Of a stretch of 59,760 nt of DNA, positions 44,856 to 55,800 are shown in pieces. This DNA is from a virus (taxonomy: Duplodnaviria > Caudoviricetes), in IMG/VR virus record IMGVR_UViG_3300045135_000357, positions 1 to 59,760 of that record; one strand, written 5' to 3'. Positions within the stretch are counted from its first letter, which is position 1. Every line of letters starts with the position of its first letter. The notes beneath the pieces are model-generated. The model had not been told where the DNA came from. It made no database searches and was given only the letters and a program-made list of their open reading frames with translations. The translations under genes and the position numbers were made by a program.

Positions 44856-47800
44856 ATGGCGAAGTATACTCTGGCACTGAAAGACGGGTCGTCAATTCAG
44901 GTCGAGGCCCCGGATAACGCCTCAGATGCGGAAATCTTACAACGGGCGAATCGGCAGCTTTCGGTGCAGAGTCTGCGCCAACGCCGTGAGGGGCGTGAGG
45001 CTGAGCGGCAAGCGCGACTTGCCGAACTTGAGGCAATGCGCCCTGCGGCTCCTGAAGAAGAGTCGGGCTTCCTTGGCGACCTAGCTGGTGGTTTTGCCTC
45101 TGGTGTCGTCGGTCTCGGCGAAATGGGTGCACTCGGTGCGGCTACCATGCTCGACGAAGAGGCAGAACTTGCTGCCCGCGAGCGTATTCAGGGCCTTGCA
45201 GACACGCTGACCCCGAGCATGGGAGATGAGGGAGACCTCACCTACAAGGTCGGCCAAGCCTTCGGTTCTATCGCAGGTGCAATCGGTGTCGGTGCCGCCG
45301 CTACATATGGCGCTGCCGCTGCAGGTGTTGGTGCTGTCGGCGCAGGTCTCGCGGGTCTTCTCGGTGCAGGGACTATTGGTGTTGCCGCTGGTGCTGGTGA
45401 AGCAAGCGAGCGTGCCCGTGAGTACGGCGCTACCGAAGCAGAACGTAATCGCGCCGCCCGTATTGGCGCTGCGATTGGCTCGACAGAAGCACTTCCGCTT
45501 GGCCGTGTTTTCGGTCCTATTGCCAACCGCCTTGTCCGTGACCTCGGCGAAGAAGCTGTTCAAACTATTGGTGGCCGTATCACACGTGCCGCACGCACTG
45601 GCGGCGAAGAAGCCGCACAGGAAGCTGCAGCCAATATTATGCAGAACCTCAACGAGCGTGGGTATAACGCCGAGCAGGCCATCCTAGAAGGTGCTGGTGA
45701 AGCCGGTGCTATCGGTGGCGGAGCAGGTGCGGCTGTACAAATTCTCGTAGATACTTTTGTGGGTCGTCGCGCACCCGGGACTACTGCGCCCGCTGAAGCG
45801 CCCCAAGCCGAGCCCCTCGGCCTACCGGCACCAGAAGGTATCGCAGGGCTAATCCCCGACCAACGTGCAAGCCAAGCACGGGCGATCATTGGGCAGGTTC
45901 TCGACGAACGCGGTGGCGTATCTCTCGAAGAGATGCAGGGTATTGTGCAGCAAACGCAAATCCCCCTGCCCCAGCTTGAGCGGGTTGTCGCTGAAGAAAT
46001 GGAAAAGCGCGGTGCAGCTATGGCTGGACGCGCACAGGGTGAGATGGAAGCCGAAGCTGCCGCACCCTCACTTGAGCCCCGTGTTACTCCGCGTATGGAA
46101 CAGGCAGTCGCCGATGCTCGTGCCGGACGTAGCGCGGTACAAGCTGACAGCGCACGACGTGAACAAGAAGTTCAGGCAGCAGCCCGTGAGCGTGAAGCCT
46201 TACGTGCAGCAGGGCGTGGAGACGAAGCCGCGTTTGAGCAGCCTGACTTGTTTGCCCTACAGCTGGAGCAAGAGCGCCGCCGCCTCGGCCCGGAAGAACT
46301 GCGTCGGCCTGACCAGTATATGGATGTCCCAGAAGACGCAGAGGTTATTACACCTGAAGAACCTGCCGCCATGGGCGACCTCGTCGAGATGGCAGATCAG
46401 CGTCAACGCGCAGCACGGGAAGATGCCGAAATCGCTGACCAGCTGGCCGCTATTGAAGCGGAGAGCCAAGCGACGCGCGCTGCATCGGACCTTGAGACCA
46501 TCACAGGTCAGCAGGAAACACAGCGTCAGCAAGCTACCGAGCAGGGTCGGCGCAAAATCCTACAAGACGTCATCGAGAAGACACCGAGCCGCAACTACAA
46601 CCGTGTGTCTCGCGTGTTCGAGGATGCGCTTGCTAAGGCTGGATACAAGGGAGACCGCGCCAAGGCTACGGAAGCCGAAGTACAGTCGATCCAACGTGCG
46701 GTAAACTTCCAACGCGCCGAGCGCCCTGCGCCGGAAGTAAACCGCGCCGAGCCTGTAAAGCTGCCGCCAGAGGCGACACAGCTGCAGAGTATGGAAGCAC
46801 GCATTCCCGAGGCGGGAACTCGCCGTACAGAAGGCCAGCCCTCCCTGCCGGGACTTGGTAGGAAACAGAATCTCGGACAGGCACCTGCACGTCCAGCTGA
46901 GCCGCAAGCTACACCCAACGTCGTCACCGACGCCATGCTTGATGAGATGGGCATCGCACCCAAATCGGCGGTACGTCAACGCCTACGTGGAAAAGACCTG
47001 AATGACCCTACAACGCGTCAGATTCTTACTTCTTTCGCAAACAAGCCTCGCACTCCTAAAACTGCAGAGTTGGGTATTAGCCGCACTCTTGCGGGAGTAC
47101 CCGCAGCTCAACCCGACCTGTTTGCGCCCCGTGGAGCGCGTCGAGCCCCCCAAACAGAAGCAGCTCCTAGCCCCGTACCTGCAAGCGGCGTTACTCCTCA
47201 GCAGAACGCAGCGCAGCAGCTTGAACTATTCCCTGAAACCGAGAAAGGGGTTGCCGATGTCACTCCAACACCTGTCGCAGGACGAGATAGAACAAGCCCT
47301 CCGCGTGGTGGACGCGGCGTGGCAGTCCCCGGAGGGGTCGGAGGTCGAGGTGCGGGTACCCGAGCACCTGCAGCACCTAAGCGCCGAGGACTGGGAGCAA
47401 GTGTCGCGGATACTGTTCCTACTGCAAAACCAGCAGCGGCTAAGCGCCCTGCACTAAAACCAGCAGAACCGGCAGGGCAAAAACGTCCGGTGCTACCTGT
47501 CCTTGAGGTAGGTAAGCGTCGTACCGAGGCGTTGGCTCCGAAGCCCAAGCCAAAGGCAACCAGCCGCACTGGAGAGACTAAGGCATCCGTCGAGGCTAAA
47601 CTGCTGGACGCATACGATGCGAACACGAGCGCTGACCACAAGCGTTTTGTTAAGGCTATGAAGGTCGAACCAATCAACGACCCGATGACCATTGAGGACA
47701 AGAGCTCTGTACTGAAAGTTCTCAACACGAAGTCTAGCAAAGCGCTGAAGACCACCGTCGGTGCGATCAAGAAATACCTCGGTGCATATGAAGACCCAAT

Positions 47801-50800
47801 CCAAGGTCTGCAGGATGCTATCGATGACGTCGTTTCGCAGACTCCAAACTTCCGCAGTGAAGCCGACACGACTGCGTCGGAGAAAGCCTTCTTCGGATCA
47901 GACAACAAAAACTACCTGCCAGCGCGTGGTAAGAACTCCGCACAAGCGGTGTTAGACTGGGCTGCTGATAACATGTCTGCCGCCACTAAGCGGTGGATGG
48001 CCATAACCATGCGCGATGCCAAGGCAAACAACACCGGTATCGAAGCATTCCAGTCTACAGACCTCGTGGCTAAACGTCGTGAGCTCGAAAAGCTGTTCAA
48101 AGACGGGTTCGACCCCAACGTAGATGCAGATGCAAAAGCGCTAGAAAAACTCATGCAGAAACTTGGCATCGACGAGTCCGATCCGATGCTGCTGAGCATG
48201 ATGTACCGGGGTAGCCTGTTCAGCCTGCAGGCATCGCCCGATGTGGCCCCGCTCACATCCGTGGTTAAAAACATGCTGCGTGGTGGTGACCTTGCTGGTG
48301 CCCTTCGGGTTGTCTCGGCTACGAGCACTGACCCAGAGGTTTCGGCGGTAGCCGCTAAGCTGGCCAAGATGGTTGGCGACACCAAAGTAAAAGTAGGCAA
48401 GTCACTTGAGGCCGGTGCCCTCGGCAAGTTCTCCAGCGCTGACAACACAATTAGCCTGCTCGACGGGTCGGGGCTTAACGTCGAAACACTCCTGCACGAG
48501 ATGACTCACGCCGCGACGGTTGCAACGCTGGCCAACAAGGGCCACCCGCTGACCCGTAAACTGCAGAAAATCTTTGATGAAGCTCGGGAGTACCTGCCGA
48601 CTGCGTACGGTTCGACTACGCTTGAAGAGTTCGTCGCTGAGGCGTTCTCCAACCCGCAGTTCCAGACACAGCTTGCTGGCCTGAAGATCAAGGGCGAGCC
48701 GCTGACGCCGTTCGCTAAGTTCAAGGCAGCGATCTCCAACTTCCTGCGCAGCTTGATCGGCAAGCCTGTGAAGCCTGTGGAGTCCGCACTGGAGCAAACC
48801 ACGAGCCTGATCGACAACATCCTTGCACCTGCACCGGATAACCTCGGCACTGGTGAGTTCTTCATGCTATCGCCCCGCGCCGCTGGTAAGCGCGTCGCCG
48901 ATATGCTCGACGGGGTACAGCAGAACATCAAACCCACCACCAAGAAGTTCCGTCAGGACTTCTCCGATCAGGCGATTGAGTTCCTTCGGGGCACAGGCAA
49001 AGACAAGGCGAAGCGCGCTATGCTCGGCCTATTGCCTTCTCAGGCTGTGGCTGACGTCGCCGACCGCGCAGGCATCACCGGTGCAATGGACCTGCACGTG
49101 ATGATGGAAGAACAGCGCGGTGCGATTAACAAGGCCGACCAAGAAGTCGAAGGTGTGCTAGAGTCCGTGTCTAAGTGGGTGAAGGCTCACAAAGACCAAG
49201 TCGATGCGTTGAACCGCGTCGTCTACAAGAGCACCATAGAGCAGGTTGACCCCACCAAGCCTGTTTCGGCGTATGCCAATGACCCTGAAAAGGCCAAAGC
49301 ATGGAAGGCCATGCGGAACGACTGGCGCGCGCTGTCGTCTACGGGCGGCGATAAAATCTATGCGCAGATGCGCGATACGTACAAGAAGCAGTACGAGCGT
49401 ATGCGGGACGTCATCTACGGCAAGATCGACGAGACCATCACCGATGAAGCTGCGCGCAAGAAGCTGAAGAACGAGGTGTACGCGCGCCTGTTCGAGACCG
49501 GCACCATCGAGCCGTACTTCCCGCTGACACGTTCTGGTAATTACTGGCTGTCCTATGTCGCCGACGGTGAGTTCACTGTCGAGGCGTTCGAGACCCTTGC
49601 TGCACGTGACCGTGCTATCGCAGACCTCAAGGCAGACAAATCGGTCAAGGATGTCGAGAAGTTCGTCAATGTCAGCAACGCTAACTTCTCTAAGGCACCG
49701 CCGAGTTCGTTCGTCGGCCAGACCCTGCAGACCCTGCAGGCGAACAAGGTACCTCAAGAGGTACAGGCCGAGATCATGCGCATGTTCGTGGAGGCGCTGC
49801 CGGAAACGTCGTTCGCCAAGTCGCTCCAGCGGCGTAAGGGCACTGCGGGTTACCAAGAAGATGCGATCCATGCACTCAAGACCAAGGCCTTCGACCTTGC
49901 TCGCCAAGTTGAGCGTCTGCGGTACAGCGCAAAAATCCGTGATCTACAGGATCGTATTCAGGAAGAGAACGCCACTCGACTTACTGACGAGAACAAGTTC
50001 ATCGTTGATGAACTACAGCAGCGCGCGGACTTCGCACGTACGCCGCCGAAGGATGGACTGGCGCAAGCTGCTAACCGTGCAGCGTTTGTGTTTACTATTG
50101 GCTTCAACGCATCGTCTGCGCTGGTCAACCTCTCGCAAGTACCGATGTTCGTGTACCCAATGCTTGGCGGTAAGTACGGCTATGGCGCTACGGGTCGGGC
50201 GATCAAGAACGCATCTAAGCTCGTCACTAGCAGTGGTTTCGACCGCAAAAGCGCCATGGTTGCTCCGTATGGTAATGAGGCCAATATCAAGGTCAACGCC
50301 ATGCCCAGCGTTGATAACTACTTCGAGCTGGATGCCAACGGTGACTACGTAATCCGCAAGGACCTCGAACTTGATGAGGATATGCGCCGCGTTGTTGATG
50401 AACTGAAGCCTTTGGTGCAGATGATGGCGGAGCGCGGACAGCTGAACCGCTCCTTGTTTGCCGATAACCTCGGCGTTGACAGCTCAGGACGTGATCGTAG
50501 CATCACGGACACTGTGGCAGCGGCGTCGGCCTTTATGTTCCACAACGTCGAAGTTTATAACCGTCAGGTCACCGCAATCACTGCGTATCAGCTTGAACTG
50601 GATCGCTTGAAGCAGGCGGAGCCAAGCCTGTCTACTGCAGAGCGTCAGCAGAAAGCCGCAGAAACTGCGCTGTACAACACCCAGATGACCAACGGCGGGT
50701 CGGTGCTTGAAACCGCACCTCGCCTCGGCCAGAAGGGTATTGGTCGGGTCGCCATGATGTACAAGACGTACGGCGTACAGATGTACTACTCCATGTTCAA

Positions 50801-51713
50801 GACCGTCCGAGACGGGATTGAAGCGCACTATGCTGGTGACAAAGCATCACGCAACATCGCAATGAAGCAGATCGCCGGGGTAATGGGTGCATCGTTTGTG
50901 TTGGCCGGTGTCGTGGGTATGCCGCTTGCACGTGAGATCATGCAGCTGCTTGACCTGTTCTTCTTTGACGAAGAGGAAGACGACGTCGAGACCGTCGTGC
51001 GTAAGGCTATCGGGGAAGGGTTCTACAAGGGGCCGCTCACTGCACTGCTCGGCGTTGACTTGTCCAGCCGTATCGGCCTGTCGGGCCTCATCCTGCAGGC
51101 CAACCGGTATAACCACGATGCGTCGCTCGAAGAGGATGTATTCCACTATCTCGGTGGCCCTGCATGGAGCGTTGTATCCTCGTACAATCGCGGGTTCAAA
51201 GACATCATGTCCGGCAACATGGAGCGTGGCGTTGAAACCATGCTGCCAGCCGGTGTTCGCAACGCGTACCAAGCAGCGTTCCGCTTCCCGCGTGACGAGG
51301 GCATCCTCACACGTCGCGGTGACCCGATTATGGACGACTTGTCCTTCGGTGAACTTGCAGCCAAGTTTATTGGTTTTGCCCCAGCGGAGTACACCCGCAC
51401 TCAGGAGATGACCCAGCAGGGCAAGCGGATCGACGTTGCGGTAAACACTAAACGTACTGCCCTACTGCGTCGTTACTATGTGGCGCAGCGCATGGGGGAC
51501 TACAGTGAGAGCCGCCAGATTATGAAGCGCATCCAAGAGTTCAACCGCCGCCACCCCACTGCACGGATCGATGCGGATTCGTTCCGACGCTCTATGCGAC
51601 AGCATATGGAGACCTCGGCCCGCATGTATAACGGGGTGTCTATCAGCCCGAACATGCGTCAGGCTATCCAAGAGAGCGACCAAGAATGGAACCAAGGTTG
51701 GCAGCTCTTCTAA
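44856..51713 (+). CDS. Large polyvalent/ejection protein (2285 aa) with zincin-like metallopeptidase and PLxRFG-like regions
   Basis: LLHEMTHA...EEFVAEAF; PYFPLTRSGNYW; N-terminal Gly/Ala hydrophobic segment; last late gene. Confidence 0.75.
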   Translation: MAKYTLALKDGSSIQVEAPDNASDAEILQRANRQLSVQSLRQRREGREAERQARLAELEAMRPAAPEEESGFLGDLAGGFASGVVGLGEMGALGAATMLDEEAELAARERIQGLADTLTPSMGDEGDLTYKVGQAFGSIAGAIGVGAAATYGAAAAGVGAVGAGLAGLLGAGTIGVAAGAGEASERAREYGATEAERNRAARIGAAIGSTEALPLGRVFGPIANRLVRDLGEEAVQTIGGRITRAARTGGEEAAQEAAANIMQNLNERGYNAEQAILEGAGEAGAIGGGAGAAVQILVDTFVGRRAPGTTAPAEAPQAEPLGLPAPEGIAGLIPDQRASQARAIIGQVLDERGGVSLEEMQGIVQQTQIPLPQLERVVAEEMEKRGAAMAGRAQGEMEAEAAAPSLEPRVTPRMEQAVADARAGRSAVQADSARREQEVQAAAREREALRAAGRGDEAAFEQPDLFALQLEQERRRLGPEELRRPDQYMDVPEDAEVITPEEPAAMGDLVEMADQRQRAAREDAEIADQLAAIEAESQATRAASDLETITGQQETQRQQATEQGRRKILQDVIEKTPSRNYNRVSRVFEDALAKAGYKGDRAKATEAEVQSIQRAVNFQRAERPAPEVNRAEPVKLPPEATQLQSMEARIPEAGTRRTEGQPSLPGLGRKQNLGQAPARPAEPQATPNVVTDAMLDEMGIAPKSAVRQRLRGKDLNDPTTRQILTSFANKPRTPKTAELGISRTLAGVPAAQPDLFAPRGARRAPQTEAAPSPVPASGVTPQQNAAQQLELFPETEKGVADVTPTPVAGRDRTSPPRGGRGVAVPGGVGGRGAGTRAPAAPKRRGLGASVADTVPTAKPAAAKRPALKPAEPAGQKRPVLPVLEVGKRRTEALAPKPKPKATSRTGETKASVEAKLLDAYDANTSADHKRFVKAMKVEPINDPMTIEDKSSVLKVLNTKSSKALKTTVGAIKKYLGAYEDPIQGLQDAIDDVVSQTPNFRSEADTTASEKAFFGSDNKNYLPARGKNSAQAVLDWAADNMSAATKRWMAITMRDAKANNTGIEAFQSTDLVAKRRELEKLFKDGFDPNVDADAKALEKLMQKLGIDESDPMLLSMMYRGSLFSLQASPDVAPLTSVVKNMLRGGDLAGALRVVSATSTDPEVSAVAAKLAKMVGDTKVKVGKSLEAGALGKFSSADNTISLLDGSGLNVETLLHEMTHAATVATLANKGHPLTRKLQKIFDEAREYLPTAYGSTTLEEFVAEAFSNPQFQTQLAGLKIKGEPLTPFAKFKAAISNFLRSLIGKPVKPVESALEQTTSLIDNILAPAPDNLGTGEFFMLSPRAAGKRVADMLDGVQQNIKPTTKKFRQDFSDQAIEFLRGTGKDKAKRAMLGLLPSQAVADVADRAGITGAMDLHVMMEEQRGAINKADQEVEGVLESVSKWVKAHKDQVDALNRVVYKSTIEQVDPTKPVSAYANDPEKAKAWKAMRNDWRALSSTGGDKIYAQMRDTYKKQYERMRDVIYGKIDETITDEAARKKLKNEVYARLFETGTIEPYFPLTRSGNYWLSYVADGEFTVEAFETLAARDRAIADLKADKSVKDVEKFVNVSNANFSKAPPSSFVGQTLQTLQANKVPQEVQAEIMRMFVEALPETSFAKSLQRRKGTAGYQEDAIHALKTKAFDLARQVERLRYSAKIRDLQDRIQEENATRLTDENKFIVDELQQRADFARTPPKDGLAQAANRAAFVFTIGFNASSALVNLSQVPMFVYPMLGGKYGYGATGRAIKNASKLVTSSGFDRKSAMVAPYGNEANIKVNAMPSVDNYFELDANGDYVIRKDLELDEDMRRVVDELKPLVQMMAERGQLNRSLFADNLGVDSSGRDRSITDTVAAASAFMFHNVEVYNRQVTAITAYQLELDRLKQAEPSLSTAERQQKAAETALYNTQMTNGGSVLETAPRLGQKGIGRVAMMYKTYGVQMYYSMFKTVRDGIEAHYAGDKASRNIAMKQIAGVMGASFVLAGVVGMPLAREIMQLLDLFFFDEEEDDVETVVRKAIGEGFYKGPLTALLGVDLSSRIGLSGLILQANRYNHDASLEEDVFHYLGGPAWSVVSSYNRGFKDIMSGNMERGVETMLPAGVRNAYQAAFRFPRDEGILTRRGDPIMDDLSFGELAAKFIGFAPAEYTRTQEMTQQGKRIDVAVNTKRTALLRRYYVAQRMGDYSESRQIMKRIQEFNRRHPTARIDADSFRRSMRQHMETSARMYNGVSISPNMRQAIQESDQEWNQGWQLF

Positions 51714-51714
51714 G

Positions 51715-51743
51715 AAAAAAGTCCCCGCCGTTAAGCGGGGACT
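51715..51743 (-). terminator. Intrinsic terminator between convergent modules
   Basis: AGTCCCCGC-cgttaa-GCGGGGACT with an A6 run on the left (U-tract for - strand transcripts). Confidence 0.8.
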
Positions 51744-51800
51744 AGTGCAGGGAGGAGAACATGATTTGACATAAGTCGTACCATGAGTACTGACATGTTA

Positions 51801-52037
51801 TCATAAAGTCCTCCAAACACGTACCCCAAATTTACCATCCTCTATGCGCGGCTGGGATTTGAACTTCCAACCGCGCTTTCGTGCCAGCTTATCTACCTGT
51901 TTCTTGGCTTCTTCGGTGTTGATGCAGGGGATGAATACGGACATATCCACCCCCATTGCGTCCCAATCGACCGATATGGTCACCCCGTCAGGGTACAAGT
52001 CTCCGATCTTTGGCACCTTAGTCATCTTCATCCCCAT
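51801..52037 (-). CDS. Small hypothetical protein ending GVRVWRTL
   Basis: SVFIPC...VRVWR pattern; overlaps the primase stop; exact start uncertain (52037, 52031 or 52025). Confidence 0.7.
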   Translation of the reverse strand: MGMKMTKVPKIGDLYPDGVTISVDWDAMGVDMSVFIPCINTEEAKKQVDKLARKRGWKFKSQPRIEDGKFGVRVWRTL

Positions 52038-54840
52038 GCAACCCGTCGAACTTAACCTCAATGGTGTCCTGTGGTGGCAGGTTCAGGTGTGTACCCTTGG
52101 TGATGCGTATCCGCTTCTTCTTCGCGCCCATGGTCTCGATCAGGTGCGATAGGCAGGCACCGAAGTCGATCTGCTGTTCAGTGCACCAAGCCTTGAACGG
52201 CTTTACGAGGATGAACGCGATCTTGGTATCGGTCTCATACCGGGCAACCAGCTTGCTGCGTGGGTTAACCTCGGGGACGATAAGTGAGTCCAGTCCGTCA
52301 GACCCGACACCGCGCAAGTCGCTGGTGCTCTTGATCCACAGCACGTTGCCATGGTGTTCACTGAAGAAGTCAGAGACGATCTGCGACACACTAGAGTTCA
52401 TGTCATCTGCATCGTTTCTGTTTTGCTTCAACAGCTTCACACAGAACTGAAACAGTTTGGCCATGTCGTAGTTAACCAAGCCGATCTTGGTGGCAATCAT
52501 ACCTGCCAATAGTGAACGTGAGATAAGTTCTGACCAGAAGCGATGCGGCTGCGACAGCCCCGCGGCCTCGTCTACACGCCGCTGCACCTTCTTGTACATC
52601 TCAGCGTACTGCTCCTTGTTCTTCATGTAATGCTGCAGGAACCCGATACCGGCGTGGCCGTAGTGCGATATGACCTCGATAGCGAAGTTATCCGTCATCG
52701 CCTTGTCACCGGCGTTGTCGAAATACTTGTCAACACGTGCCTGCAAAATCCGCATAGCCTCAGCTTTCGGCATCGCTTTGTACAACGCAGCACGGTCGAG
52801 CAGGCTGGTGTTCCCAGTGGACATAGACAGCAATCGCCATGTACCACCCCGAGCGCGCTCGACGTTGCCGCCGCCACCCATGCGGCCCTTCTGGCTACCA
52901 CGAGGAACAGCGTACGCGAAGTCCGACACGTCCTTGGGGCGCATATTGGTAAGTTCGTCTAGCACGTAGGGCAGACTGCGGTAAGTCTCGGCGCGCAGCA
53001 TTCTGAAGTTAGCGGTGTCCGACTCCCCAAGAATAAGGTGTTCTGGTGACCCCCATACGGACAGCCCGAGCAGGGTGGCCGTGGTCTTACCGAGACCTGA
53101 CTCTTTACTGTGCAGGTGTAGGATTGCACCGTGTATCGGCGAATTGTGCATCAGCGCCGAGCCGAAACTCGCGCAGACCACGAGCTGATACAGCTCCATG
53201 CCTTCTTTGTTGAAGAACTCCGCGTTCTTCTTCCAGCCGTCTAACGTACCAACAGGTTCGAATGCGGGGAATAGCGCAGCGGTGTTAGTCGACGGGGGGT
53301 TGAAGTCGATGCGGTCCGCGAAGATTTCTTGGTTCCCAAGGATGAACGACGTGGCCTCGGGTGTAGTCCATCCAAACTGATTGTGTGCCTTATCGGCTGC
53401 GTTCTTTGCTTGCAATTCTTCTACCCATCTCAGCGTATATGACATTAGTTCATCCAAGGCTTTGCCCGATGCGGTCACGCCCCTAGAGGACACCGCTTTA
53501 CGGAACTCCTCTTTAGACGTGATAGCCACTTGCGGGACTGTGAACTCACGCACCCCGTCTCTCGGGAGGTGCAGGCGGAATACCAACGCATCTTGCTCTC
53601 CGTCATGCACACGGCGCACTGCATAGATGTCGTTGTGGTATATGCACTTCTCGACCGGATCACCGTCAGCATCTACACTGCGGATGTAGACACCCCCACC
53701 AGACCCACGAAAGTACGGGCGCGGGAACACAGGAATTACGTATTCTTGTTCTGGTGCGTTCGGCAGCGTATTCGACGGTGCGACTACGTGGTTGTCTTCC
53801 TCAGTAGCCTCTTTGTATTTACCACCGAGGACAATGGGTGATTTGATCTTACCCCACAGCGGACACCCGGTGCAGACGTCAGGGTTATATTCGTCGAACG
53901 TGGTGCACAGGTACGGACCTTTGATGCGATCCATCTTGTCGTACATCTCGTCCGGCGTGAAGTCAGGGTGCTTGCTAGAGATACGCGCCGCTGCCTTGTC
54001 CGCATCGACGCAGTGCTTGGCAATCGACAGCCCTGCGCGCCACATGGGTTCTGACATGGTCTCTTGGTTACGGTAGATATAGGCCAGCTGCATACAGCCT
54101 TTGCCTTTACCCGTCTTCACCATGATGTCTTTGAAGAAGTACTCGCGGCTCCCCATCAGTGCGTCCATCACTGAGTTGGGCCCGTTTATAGCGGGAACTT
54201 TGACGGGAACTGGTATCGGTTCAGCGCCGAGCAGCTCCGCAAACCGGTCAAGCGAGATCGGCTTTACAGCCTCAAACCCTAGCACTTTGACTTCTTTTGG
54301 TGGGTTGTCCTTGTGGTTATGTGAGCCCGGCATACGTAGCACACGCGCCGCGTCGGCGGTCACGGCAGTGTCGGCCTTGAACTTGTGGTGCTTGCACACG
54401 GCCTTCAGGCGGTCAGCAACCGGGGCCCATTCGTCAAGGGTCACGTCCTCATCGAGCGGCCAGTATACGTGGATACCACGCCCCGAGTTGACGAGTACCG
54501 GCTTGGGTAGCTTAACAGCCTTACAGAACTGCTGCAGTTCTTTCAGTGCGGTGTTCTGGTCAGGGAACTTCTTGGGGTCATCGGGACCGCAGTCTAAGTC
54601 CAAATAGAACGAGCGCTTGCGCGCTACGTTGTCAGCTTCGCGTGAGCCAGCTTCGCCGAAACTAGCCAGTGCATAGTATGTGTTGTTTCCGTTTGCATCC
54701 ATCTCGTGAACGGCGTCCATCAGATGATCTACGCTGTCATAGAACTTCTGCTTCTTCCGACCTGTTTCTGCATGGATTGCAAGAACGCAGTACCACCCCG
54801 ATTGCGGCAAAACGCTCTGTAAAAATCTTCTTGTTTCCAT
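52018..54840 (-). CDS. Primase-helicase (AEP/RepB-like N-terminus, DUF927-like region, P-loop C-terminus)
   Basis: YLDLD, NSGRGIHVYW, RVLRMPGSHN, Cys cluster CTGCPLW, Walker A SGLGKTT, Walker B VLDE. Confidence 0.85.
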   Translation of the reverse strand: METRRFLQSVLPQSGWYCVLAIHAETGRKKQKFYDSVDHLMDAVHEMDANGNNTYYALASFGEAGSREADNVARKRSFYLDLDCGPDDPKKFPDQNTALKELQQFCKAVKLPKPVLVNSGRGIHVYWPLDEDVTLDEWAPVADRLKAVCKHHKFKADTAVTADAARVLRMPGSHNHKDNPPKEVKVLGFEAVKPISLDRFAELLGAEPIPVPVKVPAINGPNSVMDALMGSREYFFKDIMVKTGKGKGCMQLAYIYRNQETMSEPMWRAGLSIAKHCVDADKAAARISSKHPDFTPDEMYDKMDRIKGPYLCTTFDEYNPDVCTGCPLWGKIKSPIVLGGKYKEATEEDNHVVAPSNTLPNAPEQEYVIPVFPRPYFRGSGGGVYIRSVDADGDPVEKCIYHNDIYAVRRVHDGEQDALVFRLHLPRDGVREFTVPQVAITSKEEFRKAVSSRGVTASGKALDELMSYTLRWVEELQAKNAADKAHNQFGWTTPEATSFILGNQEIFADRIDFNPPSTNTAALFPAFEPVGTLDGWKKNAEFFNKEGMELYQLVVCASFGSALMHNSPIHGAILHLHSKESGLGKTTATLLGLSVWGSPEHLILGESDTANFRMLRAETYRSLPYVLDELTNMRPKDVSDFAYAVPRGSQKGRMGGGGNVERARGGTWRLLSMSTGNTSLLDRAALYKAMPKAEAMRILQARVDKYFDNAGDKAMTDNFAIEVISHYGHAGIGFLQHYMKNKEQYAEMYKKVQRRVDEAAGLSQPHRFWSELISRSLLAGMIATKIGLVNYDMAKLFQFCVKLLKQNRNDADDMNSSVSQIVSDFFSEHHGNVLWIKSTSDLRGVGSDGLDSLIVPEVNPRSKLVARYETDTKIAFILVKPFKAWCTEQQIDFGACLSHLIETMGAKKKRIRITKGTHLNLPPQDTIEVKFDGLHGDEDD

Positions 54841-54897
54841 TGCCTGCGCCTACCAAAGAAGAGGCCGTGGCCAACATGACCACGGCCCGGGTTGAGA

Positions 54898-55788
54898 TTA
54901 CTCGTCGTCCCACTCGGCTACGAGATCATCAATACCCTCATCCTCGGAGGCTTTTACCTCTTCTTTCTTCGGGGTCTTCTTCGGCTCTGCGATAGGTGCA
55001 TCGTCTTCTTCGTCTGCGAGGACGTTGTTCGACTTCTTCGGCTCAACCTTCTTTGCAGGCTTGTCCGCCACACCGTCGCTCTGCGACACGGTCATGGTAA
55101 GAGCTTTAGCTACGTCTTCGTGCTTGCGAAGTTCCAGCACCTCTTTCAGTTCAGCCTCATCCACAGGACGCGCTGCCTTGAAGAACAGCTTCGGTACGTC
55201 GCTGTTTTCGTCGAAGTACATGGTCGTGACCACTGCTTGGATCGGTGCGTTGTGCGCCTTCAGATAACGTGCGTATGCCTGCATCGGCATCTTGCCATCC
55301 TTGTTCTCACCGAACACCGAGGTCGCCGACAGTTGGACTTGGTAGACTTTGTCGTAGCTGTTCTCCAGTGCGACAGCGATACGCTGCGAGAAGCGGCATG
55401 CACGGGTGTCACCCTGACCAGAGCCACGGACATTCATCGGGCAGTCAGCACAACGAGATGCTTGGCGCTGTTCGGCAGGGACGTCGGGTGCGGGTGTTTG
55501 AGTATCTGCCGACCAGCAGGTGGGCGGTGCCGGGTTCTCAGGGTCATAAGTCCCAGCGTAGTAGGTACGTGCCACCTTGGCGGCGTCCAGTACCACGACG
55601 TTCAGCGAGCCGCTGCTGTTCACGTTGACTTGTTCACCGCCAACCAACTCACGAAAGCGTGAGCCGCGGAAGCTAATACGGCGCATGCCGCTGCCGCCAC
55701 CGGCGAGGTTGTCATTGGTGTTCAACAGGTCTTTGAACAGGTCGCTGGTTACGAGGCTGTTGCCTTTGAAGAGGTCCAGTTCACTCAT
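54898..55788 (-). CDS. Putative single-stranded DNA-binding protein
   Basis: CWSAD...CADCPMN...ACRFSQRIAV; acidic tail ending EWDDE; in the replication cluster. Confidence 0.6.
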   Translation of the reverse strand: MSELDLFKGNSLVTSDLFKDLLNTNDNLAGGGSGMRRISFRGSRFRELVGGEQVNVNSSGSLNVVVLDAAKVARTYYAGTYDPENPAPPTCWSADTQTPAPDVPAEQRQASRCADCPMNVRGSGQGDTRACRFSQRIAVALENSYDKVYQVQLSATSVFGENKDGKMPMQAYARYLKAHNAPIQAVVTTMYFDENSDVPKLFFKAARPVDEAELKEVLELRKHEDVAKALTMTVSQSDGVADKPAKKVEPKKSNNVLADEEDDAPIAEPKKTPKKEEVKASEDEGIDDLVAEWDDE

Positions 55789-55800
55789 CGCATGTTCTCC

